Assembly (NCBI GenBank): GCA_977030845.1 | Contig: OZ365111.1 | Span: 9,052,001-9,116,000 of the forward strand | Origin: Fimbriosthenelais zetlandica | Taxonomy: Eukaryota | Length of the DNA: 64,000 bases | Reading direction: 5' to 3' | Shown here: piece by piece, positions 1-11,400 of the stretch | Layout: the number at the start of each line of letters is the position of its first letter | Position numbering within the stretch: position 1 is the first letter of the stretch | Notes under the pieces: generated by a model | What the model saw: only the letters and a program-made list of their open reading frames with translations | Database searches by the model: none | Told to the model about the DNA's origin: nothing | Made by a program: the position numbers and the translations under genes

Positions 1-1123
1 ATAAATAGTTAACAAACAATTGATGCCGTTGTAAAAATCAATGAGCTAATTTATAGGTATTGACAATGTTCATTGGCAGCAGCTCTACCACCTGAATTTG
101 TTACTGTAATTCTAAATAGATCTCCCCATCATATTCCTCAATAAAAGGATGCATTGACAACAATTATTTTAACTTAAACCTTCTAAATTACCGGTGTCCA
201 ATGCTGAGTCGAAGATTTCCCCCTCAGGGCACATTAAAATATTAATTTGCTGTATGTGGATAAGCGGTAAATGAGGGCAATGGCCGAGTGCAGCGGTATG
301 TGTTCAACACTACTGACATAGTGTGAAATCCATGTGGCAGCTTTAAGCGCAAGTTTATGACGGCCATGCTGCTTTAAAACCTGCTACAAATATGTATTTG
401 TGAGATTAAGCTCAGAGCTATTACCGGGTAGGTAAATAAGTGGACACTCTGCTTTAGGAATGGGAATGAAAATCCCCCAATCTACGCCCAGCCTTACTGA
501 CACATCCTCAGGATGGATTCAGGATTTCAGTAAGTCACTGGCTTTCCAAGAGCCATTAGATATGCATTACGGTATAGGGCAAAAATCAATACTTCAGCAA
601 GGGGAATTTTTCTTTCGATTTAAGTCTTGTACGTGCAGGAATGCACTAAGCTGTGGTAGATATTTTACAATAAAGTTCTACAATTAATGCTCCAATGTGG
701 ATCCAAATTTCAGCAAATCATCTCAAATACTTGTGCCTTTTCATATATATACATGTACATTACAATGTCACATTACAGAGCGATAGTATATTTTCAGTCA
801 CACCCAATGCTTGTAATTGTTTTCAGTGGTTAGCCTTAGCATTAGTTGCGACTAGAAATATACTATCGCCCTGCATCGCTTGGGCTAATCGGCATCAGGA
901 GGGTGATTGAGACTTCCTTGTAAAAGGTATAGGGCGAATAAACTAGGCTACTGATGTTATCAGACAAGCGGACTTCTGAGTAGTACATCAATCAGTAGTC
1001 AGCCGACTACTTAACAAAATCCATGGTAAAGAATGATTTATTACGTAGTGCCTAACAACCATGATTAATATCACATGTTTAACCCGTACAATAACATGTT
1101 CATATTTTCCTCTCACAGAAATC

Positions 1124-2821
1124 ATGGATTTAAGAGGGTATTCAGAAAACACTGACCCACGACCAAACCACTCCAACATGGACCAGGCAAGGTCAACAGA
1201 GAGGTCAAACATGCCACAGAATGACCTTCCAAGAAGTGAGGATGACAAAGACGACAAACATCGTCATCACCATCGACGTCATCACAAACGCCACTACCAT
1301 CGAATGCGCATGCACGACCACAACGTCAGGACACTGATCGACATTGACCTTGAAATATCCCAGGCCTGTATATGTGACGACTTAACAAACCCTTCTACGT
1401 CACTGGAGGTGTTTGGTGCATGGGGTACAAACTCACAGAGTTCAAAGACCAATCAACCCAAAGCAAAGAAACCCAATCATAAGAGGAATTCATTTGTTGG
1501 TGGGAGATTTTATACTGGTTCAGCGAGTAGTAAGAACAGCAGCTTAAGTCGAGAGAGGGAAGCTGTGAATGAAGAGGACGCCTATCGTTTCCAACATTAT
1601 GAGGATATTAGTTTTTATATAAAACAGTACCGAGAGGAGAATACCATATGTATTCAGGGTGAAGACCCCTGTGGTCCTCCAGTACTCGGGAAAGACACAC
1701 CGGATCCTTACTTTGCCAAGCTCAGTCAATGTGGGTGAGTACCGGTATACACTCTTATCAGTAATAGATTATCAGATATGACGCATATTCTTCTTGAAAT
1801 TCAATTGTATTACAATATTAGTTTTAAGGTAAAGTTGTGGAACAAATTAATAACTTCCCTCTTTGATAGTTCATTCCATATTACTAACAGAGACCTGTGG
1901 GATCGATTGATGGCATATACAGCTCTAGCAAGGGAACAGATGTACGACAGCGATCCTAGGTCAGTTTACATTTTAAAGTGATAACAATTGGCAAACCTGG
2001 TTACATGTAATTTTCTTATTGCATATATGCTAAAAAAAATTCAAGAATTTAAAAAAAAAAATCCAAACCTTGATATAATTATTGCTGTTCAGGAATGTCC
2101 CACTCATTGATTTAATTTTATTTTTTTCAGCCGTGACGCATTTCTGAGAGTACTGCATCCTCGGGATTCCCATTCAGCATCATCCCTGCCTCTCTCAGCC
2201 GATCTACAAATGAGAGGCCATGCCACTAGAAAAGCCATCAACCTGGCTCCAGTCCGCGACTGTCGTGTGGCCGTGAAAACCATCAACTTCCCCCATGCTG
2301 CACCCCCTAAACGTCAACCCAACCATATACCCCAATTACAAGCAGCTATACATTCTTCGCAGACCTCAAATTTACCCGACATTCAATCAACTAGGATAAC
2401 CCTGCCATTGCCTGTCCGCCTTCTCGTAAATTCAAACGCCATAAAGGAGAATAAACTGACAAGCCTCTCCCCACCTCAAACCCCTCCTAAACCTGAACCT
2501 TCTTTAGTGCGTTCTGAAAGTGTTGATAGACAGTTACACGCACATTACCGTTTAGGCAGACAGGCACTGGCGAAAAAACGCTCAGAAGGAGATATACGGT
2601 ACCCAATCTGTTCTACAGCTACAGCTACAGACTTTAGCCTTACAGACCCAAATATATACCAACAGTTCCTAGCTCAGCAACGAAAACTCAACAGACAAAA
2701 TATCAGTGACAATTCTAGTAAAAACAATAGTAAGAAAGAGTTGGGGAAACCTCAACCCTTAGATATATATAAGAGATATAGTTCTACTTCCTTGGTGCCT
2801 GCTGTAAACAAAGGTTACTAA
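1124..2821 (+). CDS. Uncharacterised protein, about 457 aa, 3 coding exons (1124-1734, 1891-1959, 2131-2821); His/Arg-rich N-terminal segment and Pro/Ser-rich C-terminal part
   Basis: Two long ORFs (1061-1738, 2210-2821) join in frame through a 69-nt middle exon with canonical GT-AG sites, both introns phase 2. An acceptor (ttttcctctcacag) sits just before the ATG at 1124, so an upstream exon may exist. No family motif recognised. Confidence 0.7.
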
Positions 2822-3295
2822 CCAGTGGAGACAAGATTGATTTATGATTTCTAAACAATTTATTGTCCGACTAAGTCGAAACTTAATTATCCATAACTGG
2901 GACATTGACAGATTCGCTAGCACCCGATGAGCGATCAGAGATCTTCATAAAATACTCTAAAGTATGGACCTCATAAATAGGAAGCCTTAGGTATTCCAAG
3001 AGTTCGGAAGTAAATATTCTCTATGAGAATGCAATTATAATAAATTAAGTGTTATTCGACTCTTGCTGTTGTCTGATGGAGTTAATAAATCTACATGAAA
3101 TGTTCTCTTACAAACCTAGAATATTTATCCAGTTATCTGTGAATAAATTAATCACAAGTATAAGAAGGGGATATTTCTTTGAAAAAGGATAAATATTCTT
3201 GATTTAATATATTATTTACTGATGAAAATCATACATATACATACGATGTATTTTTCTTGGGACTTCCATGCAACTCATTAACGTACTACTTTGAC

Positions 3296-6200
3296 TTAGT
3301 TTTTGCGAGTAGGTCCGGGGAATCCAAGTAATGCCCAGACGCAGATACCTCCAGATACAAACACACCGGCCCTGAAATAATTAAATATATATAGTATAGA
3401 CTAATCCCGTACCCAAAGCTCGATGATATCTCAGTTGAAAGTTTATATAAAATTTTAAAACTAAAGAAGTCTAGTGCAGAGTTTTGGTGTTCAACCAATT
3501 TCAAAATTTTAAATAATTTATCAATTAATTATATAAATAATACATATCAAATATGATAACTAACCATAAGAAACCTCGTACTATAGGCGAATGCTTCCAC
3601 ATACTGTATCTTGTAACAAACAATTTGTCATGCTTCCTGAAGTTCCGAAGAATATCTCGAATCCTAGAATAAGTAATGACAAATTTAAAGTGAATACTCA
3701 TTGGAAGGATTCTGAGTAAGAAAAACAAGGTAAAACGTTCCAATATATTGTTTAATATTGAATATATCAATACTCACTCTCTGTAATTGCTTACAGCCAC
3801 CAGCGCAGATTTAGCTCCCCTCATCTGTACATCGACAGACCCATACCCCGAGAACATCTGTGCCACCTGGTAGAAATCGATAAAACATAGCCATTCAAAT
3901 CAGTGCTTATAAAGACGAAATATTTCTCATATTTGTTTAAATCAAATTCAATATGACATGCGGAGATTGAATTTCATTCAAACACGAGATCAGGAAGTGG
4001 TCGTGTAGTATATGGTAATGCATAATTATCGCAGAATTTTATCTTAAAACACTAAGAGAATCAAAACTATGAGCTTACCATTGGTGCATTGATGGTCCCA
4101 TTGAATTTCCTTGGTTGAACATGTAGGTACTGTGGCCTTGGTGAGGGAGGGTCTGCTCCACCCAGATTCTAAAATGGATGATGAATTAAGTTCCTCTTAA
4201 AATGGACAAAAATGAAATGAGAATAATTTCAACAATTAACTAATTTATCTTAAAATTAAAAGATTAACAAGAGGGCAATTTTAACAATATCTGACAAAAG
4301 TATACTTACAACAAAATGCACATTTCCTCTTATTAGATTAATTCTCAACTTGAATCGCTTTAAGTCTGTCAAGTACTCATAGAATCCCAGAGGCCGATGC
4401 AAGTGAACACTGCAATAATGGAATACGAAATTAATTAAAGAAATATATTTAGGGCAGTCTTACCGTGAACAGCATTGTTTAAGGACATACGAATTACATT
4501 ACCGTAACGTTACTAAGGCAATCAGGGTGTTAACAACTGAATAAATTGGTCCATAAACTTACCTTTTCTCTTTCAGAGCTATAATGTGAGCCAGGCGAAT
4601 AAACACTAAAAAAATATAAAAGAATACCATTAATATGGGAAACGCAGCGCAAAAACCAATATGGCAATGGCCTAACAAACGATGAAAATATGGTTTCAAA
4701 TCATTGAGTGGTTTCAGTAATAACTATATATGTAGGTAATGCTTACCTTTGCCACACATGTAGGCATCATATCCAGCCTCGTGTGGACAATGTTCTGTCT
4801 TGTAGCGCTCAAAACCTTCTGCTAACTTGATATGAGGTGAGGACAGGACGAAAAACCGACCCTTCTCCGATTCAAGAGATTCAAATAGTCCAGCGAGAGA
4901 GGTTGTTCCAAAGAGACCTGACTCTTCCCATGGCTGAAGAAGGAAAGTTCAGAAGTATATAATAATGCAGAGTGCACCTATTACAAATACAACATTTTAT
5001 CATTTATATCTCATTGAAAATAGATTTTTACTGAATAGCTATAATATAAATAGCAAAATTAGGATACCTACCCTTTTAATAGTATTTACAATATGCTTGG
5101 TGTCATAAATATTAGGAAACAGCGCTGTGATATTCTCTTTGAATTTCGTGAACGTATCTGCAAAATGAGTTAAATCCTATAGGATACAAATCCATGGAGC
5201 CATATTATGGGTGGATACCAGGTCACATTCTTGATTACTCAGGTTAACGTATGATTTTCAGCAGGCGGCTCTTTCTATGTGCATTACTTATTTACTACAT
5301 TGCATTCTGTGCAATGGATATTTCTAGGTGCATGTATTCTAGAACACATATACAACACACCAACATCCTGAGGAGGGTGGCATGGGCAATGCCTTCAGGC
5401 TTGGACAATTCAGGGTATTGAACCGCCGACCCTCCAATTATTGGTCAACCACCCTGTGTGAGTTGGCGCTCTAACCAACTGAGCTAACGCCCCTTTTTTA
5501 CCTTTCCTACTATACATACCTGGAAGTGGTTCGTGGAAGTATTCATACATGAAGAGGAGGTCCATGAGGCAGTTATGACCGACAATCGTCTGAAAAGAAA
5601 AAAATATTTCATTTTTGAATGGATTAGCTACTTAGAAACAAGTCGTTCAAGCTTCATTTTCGAAATTCATTCAGATTATGTACCATAGTTATATTAATAA
5701 ACAGAGCAAGAGTTTCCATGCATACCTTTTTACATTCAACCATCTTCCTGAATATGAGGGTAAATCCGAGCCTCTCATTAAGAACTCTACAAAATAAAGC
5801 CATCATTTAATATCAAACAGCAAGCGATATGTCACTTTATTCTCATAAAAGACAGAATTTATCTCACCTATTCTCTTCCTCGTCTTTGGTATCTTCAAAA
5901 AGTTTCCTCCGTGTCTCTTCACCCACCAGTTCTACTATTATCTAATGAGATGAAAAAGTTCAAATTAATAAAACTTTACTGACAAAAGCATGATCTAATC
6001 TGTATTGACTGTCCCCAGAAATTGTATCAAGAAATATTGTACATTTACTATTAGTGATTTGGATTTAATATGGTATTAAGCCCATTTCAATCTACAAAAG
6101 AAACTAATACGGAACCAAATGTAAGGGGTTAAAAGAAACTGAATTTTCTAAGAGAATACAACCTGTCCATCATCTCGTAGGGTTGTCCATGTTGTAGGGA

Positions 6201-8131
6201 ACCGTAACCGTAACTCAGTAATTACAATATATGTGGAGACGCAGGCCGGACCTGGCACCTCTAACGTGTCACCATCACGTGCATTGATCAACCAATCAGC
6301 CACTGTAGAACAACATTCCTGTAACGAGTCCTCATCTACATTCCTGGAAAAAAATTTAACGTGTCCACTATTAGGTCACACTACAAAAGTTTTTCCGGTA
6401 AATATTAGGCTTGGAACATCTGTCCAAAAAAGTTGATCCGAAACCACAGTACAAATGTATAGTGGTTTCGGTTCAACTTATTTTGGACAGACTGTACTTT
6501 AGGGATTTTTTTTCATGAGGGAAAACCTGACACTCACGGTCTTTCGATGCCAGCGTGGTTTCTTCTCAAGTGCTCCTTTAATATTTTCTCTTGAGCATTA
6601 TTCAAGTATGGCACACCTTCGTATACAAACTGGAAACATAAATCGAGTTTATTTTTGCGACGTCATAAAATAAACCAATTTCAACTTAATTTCATGAGAA
6701 TCAATCCTGGAGTCGACTCAGACTCACCTTGTTGAAGTCATAATTGTGATTAGCCAGGAACTCGAAACTTGCTGCCTGAGAAAGAATTAGAAAGTACGTG
6801 TACTTCAATTGTTAAATAATTCGATTTCAATTAGGAAGCACATAATTGACTGTTAGGTCACTTACCTCACAAGCGAATCTCTTGTTGATAGGCCCAAAAC
6901 TTTGGGGGAACAGATTGATATTGTAGCTATAAGTGATGAATCTAAAAATAAAAAGAATGGACGTAAGAATAGTAGATCCAAGGAGTACTGGGTATACACG
7001 CCCAGTACTAAAACTATTGAGCACTACAATTAGTTTTAAGCTCCCGAGACATGTAAATTTTCATATACTAGTCACTATCCCCTTCCAGAATGATAATAAA
7101 TATGTCTTAACTAGAATAATCATCTATCATTTCTCTACACACACAGATAAATTATACGAGAGATGTTTCTTACTCATTGGTATTTCTGACTTGTGCATAG
7201 GCAGACAGACCTGTAAAATAAAATGAATTCAACTACATGTAATATGAAAGACGTTTTTTCATTGCAGGCTAAAACTATAATGTGGCCTGATCTAATGAAA
7301 CATTAGTGGAATATAATTGGCTATCATCGGCAATTATACATAAAACACAAAAAAAATAAGAATCTTGGACTTACCAATTTGACACGGCAAAAACTTTCTA
7401 ACATTTTCCTTTAGTTTCTGATAACGTGCCTCTCCGTCATCAAATAAACTGAAGAAAATAGCAAAGAAGTTATATACAATGTAGAATATTTAAAATGTCA
7501 TTATCAAGGCATTCTATCGGCATGCATATCAATGATGCATTTCCCCGGATACTACAAAAGTCCTCACGAATAGCCTTACCTTGACCGTAGGGAGTCAGCA
7601 AAATATAAGCCAGTGAATTCCGTGTCAATGGCTGCAAAAGTTCGAGTAAAACACATTTTTAATAGATCTAGACTCCTTCAACTTCAAATGAAATGGGACG
7701 AGATTAATAGTACAAGTAATACACATTAAATCATAATAACCAATAAAGTTGCTTTACATTCACTGTTTCAGAGATTTTCAGTTTCATTGAAATCTACCAC
7801 GGGGTTTCATTGAAATCTAAACTATGTATTAAGCACGCATGGATATCTATATAGTCGTCGGCGCATCACGTGTACGGTGGGCCTACCACGGGGTACCGGG
7901 TACTTCGAAATTCGACCTGCCATTCGAGATTAGCCAATGTCAATGACATTTGATTTGACCATTATCAATAAAAGACACAACGACAACCACTAAAAGTCTG
8001 GAAACCAAGTCCCTAAACACTTATAGACAAGATGCATAAATGACACACTTACCAATAAACACAGCATCATCGATTTCGTCCAATATATAAGGCAAGGCTT
8101 TGGCAAACTGAAACCGCGTTACCTCACACAT
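3296..8131 (-). CDS. PNLDC1: PARN-like ribonuclease PNLDC1 (piRNA 3' Trimmer), multi-exon
   Basis: Spliced translation begins MCEVTRFQFAKALPYILDEIDDAVFIAIDTEFTGL...SLFDDGEARYQKLKENVRKFLPCQIGLSA and includes FEFLANHNYDFNKFVYEGVPYL, IVGHNCLMDLL, LFPNIYDTKH and HEAGYDAYMCG, so the CAF1/DEDDh catalytic residues are intact. It ends ...WKHSPIVRGFLWAGVFVSGGICVWALLGFPGPTRKN*, a hydrophobic tail typical of PNLDC1 rather than PARN. The exon junctions I translated keep frame; a few short exons around 4080-4610 were not translated. Confidence 0.92.
5230..5493 (-). mobile_element. tRNA-derived SINE (or degenerate tRNA pseudogene) in a PNLDC1 intron
   Basis: The minus strand reads GGGGCGTTAGCTCAGTTGGTTAGAGCG...GGTTCAATACC, giving Pol III A box (5475-5486) and B box (5414-5424). 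The T-stem and acceptor stem do not pair properly and a non-tRNA body follows. The 3' boundary is approximate. Confidence 0.65.
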
Positions 8132-8480
8132 GGTTGTTGTTGCCGGCCACTTCCGGTTGCAGGCCGCTTCCTGTTTCAGGCGCGGGGATACTAAATTTTA
8201 AAGGTCTGAAAAATAAATAATTATCTCATTCATTTTCAGTAATTAATTACTTTTTCTTTGTAATATTTAATAATTACACACAAATCCTTTATGTTATGCA
8301 ATATTTATCGTCAATTATACTGGAAAGTGCAGTTGAGTAACACTTTTACAGTAAACATATTTCTGAGACCTGAATTACCCTCAGCCAATCAAATCGTCTG
8401 TAACAAGAGGGAACCAAGATGGACGCGAACTGGAGGTAATCTTGTAAAATGAGCAGATTCAAATCAAGAGAACGGTGAAA
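8132..8480. promoter_or_regulatory. Probable bidirectional promoter PNLDC1/TCTN2
   Basis: Divergent ATGs are only 350 bp apart. The interval contains an ETS-type ACTTCCGG (~8149), a CCAAT box (~8385) and a YY1-like CAAGATGG (~8415). Confidence 0.65.
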
Positions 8481-11400
8481 ATGGCATCATTCTTCTTATC
8501 GCTATACGTTCTGGTGGCAACTTTATGGACATGCTTCATTTTGGCAGGTAAGTTATTGGGAATTATGGTTAGATTGTATAGGAAACTGGTTATTCTCGGT
8601 CGTATCCATTGTAAACAAGGTGCTCCCTCGCTCTCTGCACTGACTGCGGTGCTCACTACTGGCCCATGTTGTCGGCCCTGGGTAGGGGCGTGATGCGACT
8701 TGTCCCGAGTACGGCAGTACCAAAGGCGGGAAATGAATTTCGACATTCCGTTACAATTTTCTTAACAAAATCTTGATCATCTTATCCATACTGATGTTAT
8801 AATAAAATCGAGGACAATTAAATTCTTATTGAATACCGGTATCCTATTTTACTGACACTGTTTCATAAAATGATAAATCTAGACATTTAACTGATTAACC
8901 GATGAAAAAAAAAGTTGTAAAAATTCAAAATGGTTTTTATTACAGGCACTGTGACACAAGTTGGGAAGGTGTATGTAGGTACCCCTGGAAACTTGGCCAC
9001 AAATCTATATTTTTCTGAAGCTTATACAGACGACGCCATTGATGTGTTCATCCAAGTAGAAGTTACTGATGGTGGAGCTACAACATTCGATGAGATAACC
9101 AATAATGTAAGTACCTTCCTCCAAGGAAATACATGTTTATATTATATATTCTTATAGTTAGAGTAGATTTATAAGAGTATAATTATACTGATATTTGTTT
9201 GAATGCATACCCGGTACATGAATTGTAAATGTAATAGAAGTAATACAATCCCAACAGGCCATGGACAGGGATTCATGAAATAATGCGATATTTTCAGCTG
9301 GATATTTTCCATCAATATTGTTAAAATATTTTGATATTTTTTTTTATATTTGCTTCAAGAATCTGAAATATAGGAAGGTGAGTCCCATAGAAAAGCATTG
9401 CCAATTTATTGTTTTTTTCACTCCTTAAATGTACGGACTGCCCACTGATAATACCAGTGTTATACATGTTCCTGTACATTGTCAACTTGTTTCACTGGGG
9501 TAACCAAGTGTGGAGGGAGGGATCTGATAAATGGATATCTGTCCTATGCTGCACCCATTTTTGTCAGATTATTCACCCAAATCTTTTTAAATATTTCACT
9601 TTCTCTCACAGGTAGGCCTATCTCTGTTGCTACCTTCTTTGAGAAGACAATTTTAAAAATATGCAATGCATGAAAAACACCTGAGAACCAAATGTTTTAT
9701 CCTAGTCGTCCAGAGCCAAGATAGAAGTGAAGAATACACTGATTGAGAAAACTTTCCGCAATATATTATCTCTAAGCTCTATAATGCTCTTATGTTATAG
9801 GTGACGCTGTCTTGTAGTCTCACATCTCAGTGGTTAGGCTACAGTCAGGCAATATTCACATCCATAGATGTAACCGCACCCGAAATACTTGCGCCAAACT
9901 ATACCTCAGATCCCTTTCAAGTACAGATCCCCTTTAGGTGAGTTATTTCCCAGATTTTAACGCTCATTCATATTTTCAATATATTAAAAATATGAATATA
10001 CAATGTATATTAAAAATTTAATAATCCCTTAATTTTTGTTGGGGAAATCAACACGATTTCTGTCTGGCAAAATATTATGTTAGGAAATGGTTTGAGGTAT
10101 TTTTTTTATCTGACATTTTTTTCAGCATAATTGTAGCTGGACGTCCAGTGGAGTTGCGATGCTGGGGAGAGTCTGCTTTAAATCCAGGAGAAAATGAAAT
10201 TCAAGGAAACAGCACACCGCAGTTTACCAAGGAAACGTCTATCAGCAAACCAGTGTAAGCGAGCTATTTAAAGTTAATTATGTGAACTTATGAATTGTTA
10301 ATTCCAACTTTTTTTTCTGTAAGAGGATCGCACTTGTCAGTCAACATTTATTTATAAATTATCACCCTCAAATAATGCCTTTCATAATATACATTAAATT
10401 GATTATTCTCATTTCATCTTTTCAGCATTTTCACCATTCGGAGAAAGGGTACGGTCAACATCTGCTACGATATTGTAATTGTACCTAATAAATTGCTGAA
10501 CAATGTGGGCGAGTTCCTTGTTGAATTGAGGTGCGTGTGATCATTATCATAATTAATACTAATTTAATTATTGATAAATATATTATCAGTTACAAGAAAG
10601 AAAATCTATAGTTATTTTAATATTAAAAAATATTATATACATTTTACCATGAAACTGTACCTTTTCAAAAATCGTCCTTTGTATATTTTATTATTGTATT
10701 TTAATTCAGTGAGCCTGTGGAAGTTAATAGCAATGTGACGATCACTTGTGACACCCAATCCGCAGATCCAGCTAACCCTGCAGGTTGGTACATAGATCTG
10801 ATATACTTCTAGTTCTTAGTGAAAACAACCTATTAAACTTGTGCTTTATTTCAGCTATTTCTATTTACTATTTGTAGATGCCATGGTGCTTGTAATTACA
10901 CCCGGCTTGATAACAGAAAAAGAGAGGAAAATTATGGTAAGTTTGTTTGTTTTCCTGTCTATTTATTGAAAAATTAAATCACATATTTGTTTCCATAAAT
11001 ATCTAATCCTTATATATTTTCATCATCAGTTGCCTTATGAGCGGACCAGCGGTGACGGTGCTATATTTGTGTCGTGTAAAGGTCAATCGGTTTACAAAAT
11101 TGGTAACGATTCATTCGATGGTGATCAGTTCCAGAATGACACGTCCAGAGGTGAGTGGTTAAAGGAAGATCTTGTAAAGGTTCGCGTCATATAGTTAGGT
11201 CAAAGACGAAAATTTTAAATGCATTGTTTCATCATTTCAGGAGAACTCGTGCCTTTTGTTCTTGATGCTGGTTACATTGCTCTCTACCCCGGGTCGGCCA
11301 TTCTCCAAACATCGGAAATGAAAGTAAGTTGATTCTTTGTTCTTATTTAAATATTTTAGATTATGGAAAGAATTGTAACTGATGGTAATTTAGAATGATT

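Noticed and set aside
5400-5493. Functional tRNA gene
   Set aside because: The T-stem and acceptor stem do not pair and the anticodon loop is interrupted.
8132-8480. Expected X-box in the TCTN2 promoter
   Set aside because: Only partial GTTGC half-sites were seen; no full motif could be supported.
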